Below, one piece after another: positions 19,373 through 29,695 of a DNA stretch of 64,000 bases. Under the pieces are notes generated by a model. It saw nothing but the letters and a program-made list of their open reading frames with translations, did not search any database and had not been told where the DNA came from. Numbering within the stretch: the stretch's first letter is position 1; each line of letters opens with the position of its first letter. Source of the DNA: a virus; IMG/VR virus record IMGVR_UViG_3300009159_000048, positions 30,242-94,241 of that record; one strand, written 5' to 3'. The position numbers and the translations under genes were made by a program.

Positions 19373-20134
19373 ATGACACCATTAAATTCTTTTACATACA
19401 TAATCGGGTACAGACACTCAACAGAAAGACTAAATAATCTAAAAAGAGTTTTAGATTGGATTAACGGATTTCAAGGAGTTGATGTTATTGTCATTGAACA
19501 AGATACACACAGTAAGATTTCTCATCTAAGTCTAAAATGTAGACATATATTTCTTAAATCAAATTTACCATATAACAAATCTTGGGCATTCAATGTAGCA
19601 ACTAAAATGTCAAGATCCAATATAATCGTGTTTGCAGACTCGGACTTAATTATGGATCCAAATAATTTTATTGAAGGTCTTAGATTACTAGAAAAATTTG
19701 AAATGGTAAATCCATATCAATCTGTAATAGATTTAGACCCACAAGAATCAGGTTCTCAACTTGAACAAATGACAAAGATCGAAAGATCTGGTAGAGGAGA
19801 AACAGACCATCAAAAAGTTCCAATCTGTGGAGGCATTTGTATGTTTAGAAGAGAAGCAATTATGAAAGTTGGTGGATGGAATGAAGACTTCATTGGTTGG
19901 GGAGCAGAAGATGATTTTGTATCTCATAAAGTAAAACAATTCTTAAATTGGCATCAATTGCCACATAAGTGCTATCATCTTTACCACACTAGAAATCAAC
20001 CAGATATGACTGCATATCAAAGAAACTTACAATTACTAAATCAGTTAATTGCGCTTCCAAAAGAAGAACTTGTTAAAACAATTAACAAGTCTATTCCAAA
20101 ACAAGCTATGTTAAATAAGTATGATAATTTCTAA
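19373..20134 (+). CDS. GT2/GT7-like galactosyltransferase
   Basis: YNKSWAFN, FADSD, GGWNEDFIGWGAEDD, YHLYH. Confidence 0.85.
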   Translation: MTPLNSFTYIIGYRHSTERLNNLKRVLDWINGFQGVDVIVIEQDTHSKISHLSLKCRHIFLKSNLPYNKSWAFNVATKMSRSNIIVFADSDLIMDPNNFIEGLRLLEKFEMVNPYQSVIDLDPQESGSQLEQMTKIERSGRGETDHQKVPICGGICMFRREAIMKVGGWNEDFIGWGAEDDFVSHKVKQFLNWHQLPHKCYHLYHTRNQPDMTAYQRNLQLLNQLIALPKEELVKTINKSIPKQAMLNKYDNF

Positions 20135-20897
20135 GAATCATTTACAATCAATTTGTAACTACACCGAAGTCAGTTCTATTAAAAATCCTCAATTTTCTTA
20201 CATTGAAATGGAAGAGAGTAATTCTGATGATTATAAAAGAAGAATACAATCTATAAATAGAGGACTTGCGATTGATGCTCTCCTAGACAATAAAGAAGAA
20301 GAGTATAAAAATAGAGAAAATTATTTAGAAGAAGATTTTGATTCAGAGAGTTATGTAAGTACTGTAACCCCAAAGATTAAAACTATAAGTCTAAACAATC
20401 CTATTAAGTATAATTCATTAGATAGTATTTTTGATTACACTCTAAATCAATTAGAATCACTAACATCAAATTCGATGACTGGTAAAAATATAGATTTAAC
20501 ACTATCAATAGATCCTTCTTTATCAGATTATGATAATTTTCAAGCAAACACTAGGAGAGTTTTGACTAGAATTATGTTAGTTAATAATATGATTACTCAG
20601 ACATCCAGAATAGGACCTGCTTCATCTATAATATTAGGAGAAGATGTATTTAAAATTATTTCTCAATCATCTAATTTCTCATATCAAGTATCAGGAACCG
20701 GACCGATAAACGGAACAATTGCTGGACTATCTGTTATTTTTTCAGAAAAATTAACAAAAAATAAAGTGATTTTAATTAGAACTAATTCCAACTCTGATAA
20801 TGGACTAAATGTAATTAATGATACACAAAATGGTGAGTTTTATATAAAAGAAACACCTAACTGGCAGAAAATGATACACTGGTTTAGTGTTATTTAA
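20121..20897 (+). CDS. Degenerate major-capsid-protein (gp23-like) derivative
   Basis: RRVLTRIMLVNNMITQTSRIGPASSII...GTIAGLSV...KVILIR resembles the gp23 A-domain segment; carries an NRGLAIDALL tag. Confidence 0.55.
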   Translation: MIISKNHLQSICNYTEVSSIKNPQFSYIEMEESNSDDYKRRIQSINRGLAIDALLDNKEEEYKNRENYLEEDFDSESYVSTVTPKIKTISLNNPIKYNSLDSIFDYTLNQLESLTSNSMTGKNIDLTLSIDPSLSDYDNFQANTRRVLTRIMLVNNMITQTSRIGPASSIILGEDVFKIISQSSNFSYQVSGTGPINGTIAGLSVIFSEKLTKNKVILIRTNSNSDNGLNVINDTQNGEFYIKETPNWQKMIHWFSVI

Positions 20898-21426
20898 GAG
20901 CAACTCTTAACTTATCATACTTAGATAATAACTTAAACATACGATCCCACTCATCTCCAGGATTCTCAATCTTCTTTTCAAACCACTTGTTATTATTAAG
21001 ATATTCAACTATCATACCAACCTTAAAGTCTTCTAACTTTGTTGGTTTCCAATATCTAACTTGTTCAACAAAAGAAAATGAAAGTCCATTATAAAGGTAG
21101 GAAACATTATCAGAGTCTGTATTATATAAAACTATACCTAACGGTTTTTCAGAACCATCTCTGAATAGTTTCTTCGCTCCTGTCTCACCTTTATATTTTA
21201 TTATACCACACTCTTGATTAAAATGATTCAGTAGAAAAATTAGTTCTTTTCTTAACACATCATTATCAACATCAGAAAAAGCTAAAGCAGAATCTTCATA
21301 TTGGTCTTTGTAGAATCCTTTTATAGGTAAAATTTGATAATCTTTAGCATATAGTATAGATAACATACTTTCTATCTTATCAGAAGAAAGCAAAATAAAA
21401 GAAAGATTCTTATTAGTTAGATCCAT
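20890..21426 (-). CDS. Hypothetical protein
   Basis: 178-aa ORF; TAATATATA at 21431-21439. Confidence 0.75.
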   Translation of the reverse strand: MDLTNKNLSFILLSSDKIESMLSILYAKDYQILPIKGFYKDQYEDSALAFSDVDNDVLRKELIFLLNHFNQECGIIKYKGETGAKKLFRDGSEKPLGIVLYNTDSDNVSYLYNGLSFSFVEQVRYWKPTKLEDFKVGMIVEYLNNNKWFEKKIENPGDEWDRMFKLLSKYDKLRVALK

Positions 21427-21452
21427 ACTTTATATATTAAAATATCAATATG

Positions 21453-22703
21453 CTAATTGACATCGACAAGTCCAAACTCTTTTTGTATCTCAGAATTAAA
21501 TAAATTTGATACTTCGTCTTTGTATTTTTTTGGATAAACTATACTATCATGTACAGTAATGACTTTTATATCTGGATATAACACCATCATCTTTTTGATG
21601 ACTTTATTATAAATTAATCTAGATTCAGCTCTTTGTAAATCATATGATAAAGATTTATAATCACCTGAGTCTTTTTTGTATAATTTAATGAAATTATGTA
21701 TGGTTGGGAAAATAGAAGCAAACTGTTTATCTATTTTACTATTTGATGAGTTTCTACCAAAAAGAACTTTATAAGTCATTTCCTTAACTAATTTTCTATC
21801 TTTGACATTAAGAGAAGTCATCATAAACTCATAGTAAGTTCCATTCAACGTAAGAGACTTAAAGAACTCAAATTCTTCTTTCTTAACCCATGATGTTTGT
21901 GTATCTTCTATCAAACGACAAAGGAATAAAGGTTGTGAATTTTTAATATCTATTTCGCAAGTTTCTTCACCGTCAATTAATAAACAATTTTTTCTAATAA
22001 AAGATCTTAATATTGTAAAATTCGTGTGCATTCTACCATATGAATCAAAATGAAAGAATATATGTTTATCTGAAATAGATTCAACCGAGTAAGAATTTCT
22101 ATTATAAATATCGATATCTTTTCTTTTCAATCTATTTAGAAAATCCATAGATCTTTCTTTATCAATACCAACAGTATATAAATCAGATACTAACTTTTGC
22201 CTTACTTCTAAATTTATAGGACTTAAATCAACAGAATCATAATCAATTGTTTGTATGATTTTATTCTTATATTTTTTCAACAATATCTTATCTTGATTAT
22301 TGTATCTAAGAATTCTGTTTCTAAAAAATCTTGGATTAAGTGAATAAGTTCTACTTTTTTGACCAGCCTTATAATTTCTTTCCATTTTAATAAAACCTTT
22401 CTCAACTAAATATGAAATGTAAAAATTATAAAGATGACCATACTTCTTTTTAAGAATAGTTGCATTGAGTACAAATCCATTTTCTTTCTTAAAGAAATAT
22501 TTTAATACCATATTGTGAACGATATCAATCAGATAATCTGATTTTAGTTTTTGATTATTGAAAAAAATATGTTTAGAATTTTTGAGGTATTCTAAATCTT
22601 CTGGTAAAAATTGCAATGAATTTTTTTTATTTTTTATCTTACTACTTATTAATCTTGTATAGTCTATATATCGAATTTCTTCTATATTATCGTAATGTCT
22701 CAT
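21453..22703 (-). CDS. Compact family A polymerase-fold protein with N-terminal HTH-like region
   Basis: YGRMHT, motif A EIDIKNSQP, motif B RKLVKEMTYKVLFG, LQRAES, motif C TVHDSI; no exonuclease motifs seen. Confidence 0.65.
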   Translation of the reverse strand: MRHYDNIEEIRYIDYTRLISSKIKNKKNSLQFLPEDLEYLKNSKHIFFNNQKLKSDYLIDIVHNMVLKYFFKKENGFVLNATILKKKYGHLYNFYISYLVEKGFIKMERNYKAGQKSRTYSLNPRFFRNRILRYNNQDKILLKKYKNKIIQTIDYDSVDLSPINLEVRQKLVSDLYTVGIDKERSMDFLNRLKRKDIDIYNRNSYSVESISDKHIFFHFDSYGRMHTNFTILRSFIRKNCLLIDGEETCEIDIKNSQPLFLCRLIEDTQTSWVKKEEFEFFKSLTLNGTYYEFMMTSLNVKDRKLVKEMTYKVLFGRNSSNSKIDKQFASIFPTIHNFIKLYKKDSGDYKSLSYDLQRAESRLIYNKVIKKMMVLYPDIKVITVHDSIVYPKKYKDEVSNLFNSEIQKEFGLVDVN

Positions 22704-22749
22704 ATAGATTTATATCAAAAATTAAAGTAGGTGTTTGTATAAAAAAAAA

Positions 22750-22950
22750 TTAATTATTAAAAATTTTGTTGATGGAATTTTTTCGATTTTGTCTTCTTAA
22801 TTCCTTAGCAAAATATCCCTCAAAAGAACTAATGTCAATATCACTAAATACCTCTAAATCTTTAGCCATCTCTCGAGTCCAAGAAGCCTTCAATGTTCTT
22901 GTTTGAGATTTAACTTCAACAGAAGTCATGCTAATATCAATCGATTTCAT
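22750..22950 (-). CDS. 66-aa gp23 major capsid fragment-like protein with C-terminal tag
   Basis: VEVKSQTRTLKASWTREMAKDL matches the gp23 signature (T4 gp23 as recalled: IEAKSRQLKAAYSIELAQDL); ends NRKNSINKIFNN. Confidence 0.7.
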   Translation of the reverse strand: MKSIDISMTSVEVKSQTRTLKASWTREMAKDLEVFSDIDISSFEGYFAKELRRQNRKNSINKIFNN

Positions 22951-24293
22951 TACTTAGTTGGTGTTTTAGGAGTTTCTTCTTCGGTCTCAGGTACAATAGG
23001 TAGTTTACCACCTTTGCCTTTTTTCTTCTTATCAGATTCAACACCTTTCTCGAATTCAGAATAAACATCTGGATAAACTTGACCCTCAGCATCTTGGTCA
23101 TATTGAATCTCAAAGAAATCACCAAAGTCTAAAAGACCAGCTCTACCAAGTTCAATTTGTTGCATCTTATTAAGATAAGTTGAAATATAACTATCTATAT
23201 CTGCTACAAATTTATTAAATAAAGTTACTGTATTATCAGTAAATATACCAATTGCTTTTTTCTTCTTTTTATTGAATGATCCCAAAACAACCTTGAAGAT
23301 ATATTCTAATTTCTCATCTTCTTTTATGTAATCTTTTGTTAATTTATTATTAATTAACTCTGTATTAATTTTAAATTTATCTTTATCAAAAAAATCAGGA
23401 ACAGTAAAATCAAAATTTAGTAAATCTTCTTTTACCTCAGAAACATAAATATTGAAAAGTTTACTAATCAAGTAAATATAGATATCGTCTTTTTTATCAC
23501 CTTTTAATTTAATATCTTCTAAATTGACTGACTGACAGAAGTTTAAGAAGTTAATTAGAATCAATGTGTATATTTCAACAAACTCTGTGTTATTTGTCTC
23601 ACTTAATCTTTTATATAAAGGATTCAATAACTCAAATGACATATCTTTACTTTGACATCTTATTATCATTTTTTCCAAGTTTTTCTGAAAATCTTCATCC
23701 ATTAAGAACGAATTATCAATTTTAGGATTTAATATCTTATAAAAGAAGTATGAGAATGATTTTTCACCAAAGATATATTCTAAATCATTTTCTGATGTAT
23801 TGATAAAATACTTTATAGCCTCTATCATATTTTCTGTTAATTTACCCTGATATATTATAGGAAGTAAATCCACGTTCAATAATCTTGAATACTCGGTGAG
23901 TTCATCAATGTTCAACTCATACTTATTTGATTTATAGATTCCAGTAAGAACTAATTGATTTTTAGGAACTCTATTATACTCAATATTAGCTGGTTGATTG
24001 TCGGGAAAATACTCAAAACAAAACCACCACTTTTTATTTAATAATCCTTTTATTCTATCATCTAAAGAATTAAAAAAGTCAATTGCTGGATTATAATAAT
24101 TTTGCATAGCCAAGTCTATAAGATTTATAGACTGTGATGTTACTGACTTTGGTTTAATTTGAAATTCTTTCCCGTTCCAATTAACCCATATTTTACTACC
24201 TTGTACATCTTCATATACAAATATCTCATCAGCAAATAGGTCATTTAGAATTTGGTCATCGGTTAGACCATTAAGTGTAATTAATTTACTCAT
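22950..24293 (-). CDS. Hypothetical protein with degenerate RNA-ligase-like N-terminal domain
   Basis: VYEDVQGSKI at the motif I position (normally EKxDG), FCFEYF, LLPIIYQGKL, LEKMIIR. Confidence 0.5.
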   Translation of the reverse strand: MSKLITLNGLTDDQILNDLFADEIFVYEDVQGSKIWVNWNGKEFQIKPKSVTSQSINLIDLAMQNYYNPAIDFFNSLDDRIKGLLNKKWWFCFEYFPDNQPANIEYNRVPKNQLVLTGIYKSNKYELNIDELTEYSRLLNVDLLPIIYQGKLTENMIEAIKYFINTSENDLEYIFGEKSFSYFFYKILNPKIDNSFLMDEDFQKNLEKMIIRCQSKDMSFELLNPLYKRLSETNNTEFVEIYTLILINFLNFCQSVNLEDIKLKGDKKDDIYIYLISKLFNIYVSEVKEDLLNFDFTVPDFFDKDKFKINTELINNKLTKDYIKEDEKLEYIFKVVLGSFNKKKKKAIGIFTDNTVTLFNKFVADIDSYISTYLNKMQQIELGRAGLLDFGDFFEIQYDQDAEGQVYPDVYSEFEKGVESDKKKKGKGGKLPIVPETEEETPKTPTK

Positions 24294-24332
24294 AAATTGA
24301 TTTCTGTTTTTATCAAGTTTATATATTAAAAG

Positions 24333-24614
24333 TTAGGAGTTCTGTAAAAAATCTAATATTTTGTCAATATTTTCTTTACAATAACCTCCTTGAAATGGAA
24401 TTCCACCTGATTTTAGATAGTTATTATAAAGATCATTAAATTCATCTTCACTGTAAAATTTATTATCTAAATCTGAAAATACTACTGTAGTATCAGAAGC
24501 GTCTACTGTTTTATTTTGTAGTCTTGTTTCACCATATGCTGGACCAATCGGACCAACCAATTCAGTACCAGAAATCTCTTCTGTGATAAATTTGTTAAAT
24601 TTTTTAATCTTCAT
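24333..24614 (-). CDS. Small protein with MKIKKFNKFITEE leader
   Basis: ATG 24614 preferred because it exposes the shared leader. Confidence 0.7.
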   Translation of the reverse strand: MKIKKFNKFITEEISGTELVGPIGPAYGETRLQNKTVDASDTTVVFSDLDNKFYSEDEFNDLYNNYLKSGGIPFQGGYCKENIDKILDFLQNS

Positions 24615-25062
24615 TACTAACATTTAATTTTTCAAAGTATTCATCTTGTTCTTGAAGAGAATATTGATTCTTCTTAATATTATATATTATATTATAAAGA
24701 AACTTATCATGCATTTTGTGTTTTTCATCAGACTTCATAATAATTAAAGACTCTTCACTTTCAAAATCGTCAGTGATATCAATTATTTGCAATCCAAACT
24801 TACCATTTCTATCATGTAAATCACAAATAATTTTTTTATCTTTTTCTAACAATTCTTTAACTTTTTTAGAAGTTGAATTTTTAGAAAGCATCATATAATC
24901 TCTATCCTCTATCTTAGAAGTTTGATTATAAAGGTCAAGAAATTCTCTTTCTCTCTTCGTTATACGAACCCTTTTTGAGATTTTATCCAATATTCTATTC
25001 ATCTCGATTTCTTTTATTGATTCACCAAGTATGTAGTATTTAAATAATTTAGATATCTTCAT
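24604..25062 (-). CDS. Hypothetical protein
   Basis: 152-aa ORF; TAATATATA at 25086-25094. Confidence 0.75.
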   Translation of the reverse strand: MKISKLFKYYILGESIKEIEMNRILDKISKRVRITKREREFLDLYNQTSKIEDRDYMMLSKNSTSKKVKELLEKDKKIICDLHDRNGKFGLQIIDITDDFESEESLIIMKSDEKHKMHDKFLYNIIYNIKKNQYSLQEQDEYFEKLNVSNED

Positions 25063-25142
25063 CAGATTGGTAAATTTTTATAGTTTATATATTATACATG
25101 TAATAACGGTTTTTATATATACTATCGAAATAAAAGTTTTTT

Positions 25143-28100
25143 ATGGATAAACAGTTATTAAAAGCTCTTGATAATTTAGGAAATGCTTTAGAACTTCTTA
25201 CAGATGCTCTAGCGAGTAAAAAAGAAGCTAAGTCTGATACTGCTCAAGCCATTAGTGGCGGTGACTTTGGTAAACAATTGGAGTCCATAAACTCAGGTAT
25301 AAAGTCTATTAAAGCAGACACTCAAGCAATACTTAATAATCAGAAGACAATTGTTGATTTACAGAAAAAAAAGAACTCAGATAAAAAAACAGATGAGTTT
25401 GAGTCAGCTGAAACAGACAAGAAAAAAGAATCAAATATAAAGAAAGGTGTTGGTACAATACTTTTAATAGCAATTGCGGTATTAGCAATCGGTATGGCAT
25501 TTAAGATTGTCGGAAAAGTAGATTTTCTATCAGTAATAGGACTTAGTTTGGCGATATTATTAATCGCAGTTGCTTTTGAGAGAATCGCAAAAAGTGGTCT
25601 TACTCCTAGATCAGCATTGGGTGCGTCTATAGTAATGGGAATAATTTCACTTGGAGTTCTCATATCATCATTTATTCTTTCTAAGATTCAGAAAATAACC
25701 ATTATGCAGTTCCTAAGCGCGGTAATGATAGCTACACTATTTTACTTTATCGCACCAGTAATGGCAGATGTCATAAATAGACTTCAAGATGAAACTGAAC
25801 TTTCGATGGATGATGGAAAGGGAGGTAAAACGAAGATGAGGACAAAAAAAATGTCTTGGGGTAAACTATTTGGCATGGTCATCGGGTTACCACTAATAAT
25901 GCTTGCTATGTCAATAGGTATAACTGTATCATCTTGGATATTATCTAAAATAAGACCAATGACTATTCCACAAATAATAACTGCTATTTTAATAGCAGGT
26001 ATGTTTACTGTTGTCGCATCAGGCATAAAAGGTTTATTACACGCATTGACTGAAGAAACTGAAGTACAAGCAAAAGGATTTGGAGGTAAACAAAAAGGTA
26101 TTAATATGGGTAAACTATTCCAATTATGTTTGATTTTACCAGTATTAATGGCATCAATAGCAGCGGGTATAACTTTATCATCTTGGATATTAAGTTTAAT
26201 TAAACCAATAAGTTTTAGTCAGGCTATAACTGCAATTGCGATTGGTTTTATGTTCGCTGTTATATCAATTGGTATTAAAGGTTTATTAACGGCTCTTGCT
26301 GTCGTACTACAATTATTCGGAATGGGAACTATGTTAAAACTAGCAGCTGTTGTAGTTTTGATACTACCAGCGATGGCATTGGCAATAACAGCCTCTTCTT
26401 GGATATTATCTAAAGTTAAACCGATGTCATTTATGCAAATATTTGTGGCTATCGTTATTACGCTTATGTTCGCAATATTGAGTTATGTAATGCCTTATTT
26501 AGCAGCTGGTATTATCGCAATTGACAAAATACTCGGAACTAAAAAACTGTTCTTAATTCCACTAACACTTGTGGCCATCTCGACCGCGATTTGGTTATCA
26601 TCTCACATATTAGCTGAGATGAAAGAGATTCCTTGGATGAAGATGTTAAAGATATTAGTTTATGGTATAATTATGGCACTTGTAGTAACCGCATTTACAC
26701 CAGCGGTCATATTCCTGGGACTATTACCACTTAGTAGTTTAATAAAAGGTGTTGTTGGTATTGTTCTTATATCAATGGCAATTGTAATAAGTTCAATGAT
26801 ACTAGCTAAAGGTAAATATGAAAAACCACCTAAATGGTCTTGGACTCTTCAAGTAGCTCTAGCATTTGCGGTATTCGCACCAGCAGTTGTTCTTTTAGGA
26901 TTGTTACCACTTCCTGTTATTATACTCGGTCTAGTCGCAGTAGCTATTGTTGCAGTTGCAATAGTTCTTACTGATAAAATATTAGCAAAAGGTCAGTATA
27001 AAAAATATCCACCAACTAAATGGACGTTAGGTGTAGTCGCTGTACTAGCACCATTTGCTTTAGGAATGGCATATTTAGGTCCATTAATAATTCCAATAGT
27101 ACTAGGAGCTGTAGCAATATTAGTAGTAGCAGCGAGTATAGTCGCGGTTTCTAAAATAATATCAAAAGGTAGTTACGATAAATTCCCTCCTTTAGAGTGG
27201 ACCAAATCAGTTACTCTAAGTATGGGAGTCTTTGGAGTTGCTATGTTAGGAATGGGTTCTCTTATTGTTGGGAGTTTAGGTTTAGGACTAGTAGCACTAG
27301 CAGCTGGTGGTGAAGCTGTACTGATGATAGCACAAACAGTCGTAGACACAGCAGCAGTTCTTGGAAGAGGTAGTTTTAATGGTGGACCAACAAAAGAATG
27401 GGCTCAAGGTGTATCAATAGCACTTGGTGCTTTCTCAATAGTTTATAAAATGTTAGCAGATAATGCCTTCTGGTCATTCTTTGGAATGGGTGGAATAGGT
27501 CCAAATGAATTTGCTGCTGGTATTAAAGTAGTTACAAAAGGAATTATCGTGGCTGCAAAAGAATTTGAGTTAAACAAAGCGGCATTTAAGGAAGGTCCTT
27601 CAGAAAAATGGGCCAAAGGTGTTGCTATAGCAATCGGAGCATTCGCACCAGTTTATAAAGTTCTACTTGGTGAAGGAAGAAGTTTATTTGATAAAGTATT
27701 CGGAGGACCAGCACCTAAGCCAGAAGATATGGCCAAAGCAATTAGAACAATATCTTCTGGTATTATAGTTGCCGCTCAGTTCTTTGCGAAAAATAAAGTT
27801 GCATTTAAGGAAGGTAACTACCCATCTAAAAAATGGGGTGTTGGTGTAGGAAAAGCAATTGGAGCATTCGCACCGGTTTTTCAATTATTATCAGGAAAAA
27901 GTTGGTATCAGTCAAGTGATGATGTGATACGTGGAATGGGCAAAGCAATAAAAGCGGTCAGTAAAGCGATTATTTCTTCAGGTGAAATATTTGGAAAAGC
28001 AGAGGATGGAGTTTTTAACTGGAAAAAAGCACCAAATAAAAAATGGGCATCGGGAGTATCAGCAGCGATAGAAGCATTCGCTGGTGTATTCGAGTATATG

Positions 28101-29174
28101 TTTGCCAACTCAGGATGGTTCACAGATGGAGATGAGGTGATAGATAACATGACATATGCCATAAGAAAGATTTCTTATGCAATTGCTGATGTGGCAAGAG
28201 AATTTGGTTCCGTTGGTGAACAAAACTGGAAAGCTTATCCATCAGACTCTTGGGGATCAACTATTAAATCATTAAATGAGACAATGACCTACTCCGCAAA
28301 GTTCTTAGTTGATCAATGGGGTGAAGGTGATTACGAAATAGGATGGGGTCTTTATACAATGGCTAATAAAATGAAAAATGTAGCTCATGAATTTGATGGA
28401 TCTGATAGTTGGCAGGCACCTGACAAGAAATGGGGAGCTTCAACATCATGGAATATGAAATTCTTCTCAAAATTAGCAGGATGGATGATTGTTAATGGAA
28501 GTTTCGTTGGTACAGAAATGTTAGTTTACACTGCTGATAAGATGAGTAAAATAGCTAATAAGTTATACTCAACTAGAAAAGCATTTGATTATAATATACC
28601 AGAAAATTTCATACCTAATCTAAGAAAAAACATGTTAGACTTCCAATCGTTGGTACATGAACTAGCTAAAAATGAAGAGAAAGGTATGTTAGAGTTGATG
28701 GGAGACGCATTTGGTAAAGCGATGGGTGAAAAAGATCCTATTATACAAATGGCTAATAGAATGGTGGCTCTCGCAAAAGGATATTCAGCCTTAGCTAGAT
28801 CTCTTACTGAATTAGGATCAGCAATGAAATCAGTGAATGCTAAAAGTCTTACAGAACTTGGTTCTATAACAAAAGGTGTTGCTGGTAAACCAATAGAAGG
28901 TAAAAAAGAAGAAAAACAAGGTCTATTTCAAAGTATAAAATCTTCATTCACTAATTTTGGAGGAGATGATAAGAAAGAAAAATCTGGATTCCAACCACCA
29001 CCTAAGAGTAAGAAAAACTCATTGGGTTATGTATCAGAAAAACTTGAGGAATTAATAAAAGTAATGCAAAGTATTAAGAAAGATACAAATAGCTTAGACG
29101 CTCAAGTAATGAAGATGGGTGATGGTAAAATCAAAACAGAGGTAGACAGTAGTGGGTTTGGATTAGACAATTAA
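25143..29174 (+). CDS. Tape-measure-like protein with long hydrophobic helical repeats
   Basis: 1343 aa, Ala/Gly/Ile-rich; repeats SSWILSKI(R/K)P, KGxYxKxPxxxW, P-x-x-x-WAxGVxxAIGAFAPV. Confidence 0.6.
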   Translation: MDKQLLKALDNLGNALELLTDALASKKEAKSDTAQAISGGDFGKQLESINSGIKSIKADTQAILNNQKTIVDLQKKKNSDKKTDEFESAETDKKKESNIKKGVGTILLIAIAVLAIGMAFKIVGKVDFLSVIGLSLAILLIAVAFERIAKSGLTPRSALGASIVMGIISLGVLISSFILSKIQKITIMQFLSAVMIATLFYFIAPVMADVINRLQDETELSMDDGKGGKTKMRTKKMSWGKLFGMVIGLPLIMLAMSIGITVSSWILSKIRPMTIPQIITAILIAGMFTVVASGIKGLLHALTEETEVQAKGFGGKQKGINMGKLFQLCLILPVLMASIAAGITLSSWILSLIKPISFSQAITAIAIGFMFAVISIGIKGLLTALAVVLQLFGMGTMLKLAAVVVLILPAMALAITASSWILSKVKPMSFMQIFVAIVITLMFAILSYVMPYLAAGIIAIDKILGTKKLFLIPLTLVAISTAIWLSSHILAEMKEIPWMKMLKILVYGIIMALVVTAFTPAVIFLGLLPLSSLIKGVVGIVLISMAIVISSMILAKGKYEKPPKWSWTLQVALAFAVFAPAVVLLGLLPLPVIILGLVAVAIVAVAIVLTDKILAKGQYKKYPPTKWTLGVVAVLAPFALGMAYLGPLIIPIVLGAVAILVVAASIVAVSKIISKGSYDKFPPLEWTKSVTLSMGVFGVAMLGMGSLIVGSLGLGLVALAAGGEAVLMIAQTVVDTAAVLGRGSFNGGPTKEWAQGVSIALGAFSIVYKMLADNAFWSFFGMGGIGPNEFAAGIKVVTKGIIVAAKEFELNKAAFKEGPSEKWAKGVAIAIGAFAPVYKVLLGEGRSLFDKVFGGPAPKPEDMAKAIRTISSGIIVAAQFFAKNKVAFKEGNYPSKKWGVGVGKAIGAFAPVFQLLSGKSWYQSSDDVIRGMGKAIKAVSKAIISSGEIFGKAEDGVFNWKKAPNKKWASGVSAAIEAFAGVFEYMFANSGWFTDGDEVIDNMTYAIRKISYAIADVAREFGSVGEQNWKAYPSDSWGSTIKSLNETMTYSAKFLVDQWGEGDYEIGWGLYTMANKMKNVAHEFDGSDSWQAPDKKWGASTSWNMKFFSKLAGWMIVNGSFVGTEMLVYTADKMSKIANKLYSTRKAFDYNIPENFIPNLRKNMLDFQSLVHELAKNEEKGMLELMGDAFGKAMGEKDPIIQMANRMVALAKGYSALARSLTELGSAMKSVNAKSLTELGSITKGVAGKPIEGKKEEKQGLFQSIKSSFTNFGGDDKKEKSGFQPPPKSKKNSLGYVSEKLEELIKVMQSIKKDTNSLDAQVMKMGDGKIKTEVDSSGFGLDN

Positions 29175-29215
29175 CGCAGTTACTAAACTTTGTTAATAAA
29201 TTAAATATAAATGTT

Positions 29216-29644
29216 ATGGACGTTGGTTTTATAAAAAAATTAAAACTGTTTGGAACTTTTGGTAAAGTTCTTAGAAAAAACAAAGTTGAATTAAGAAGTA
29301 AATTCTTTATAAGAATAGATAATGCTCGTAGATTGTATACGGTTGTAAACATACCCGAAGAGTTAATAGGAGAAGCTTACTCTCTAAAAAAATCAGATAT
29401 AGATAGAATATCACAAACCTATATTCAAGAATACACAAAGGATTTGGCAAAATTTCTAAACGAAAAAGGATTTGGTGAGTTGTATGAGGTTTATGAAATA
29501 AAAAAAGTTGATAAATATTCTTATTTAGTAATTATTGGATTCAGTGGATTCAAATCAACAATTTTCTTCAATTGGTTTTATTACGCTATTATTCCAGTAA
29601 GTATTTTATCTGGAATAATAATTTCTCTACTTTTATTAATATAA
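29216..29644 (+). CDS. Hypothetical protein with C-terminal TM helix
   Basis: 142-aa ORF; AAAC-N17-TATAAA at 29185-29211. Confidence 0.75.
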   Translation: MDVGFIKKLKLFGTFGKVLRKNKVELRSKFFIRIDNARRLYTVVNIPEELIGEAYSLKKSDIDRISQTYIQEYTKDLAKFLNEKGFGELYEVYEIKKVDKYSYLVIIGFSGFKSTIFFNWFYYAIIPVSILSGIIISLLLLI

Positions 29645-29695
29645 ATCTAAACAATTCAAGTCAATTATATTATAATAAATAAAATAATTACTTAT

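Noticed and set aside
25340-28162. Minus-strand ORFs inside the tape-measure-like gene, and similar antisense ORFs within the sheath, lyase-like and 1011-aa genes
   Set aside because: These are shadow ORFs arising from codon bias on the coding strand.
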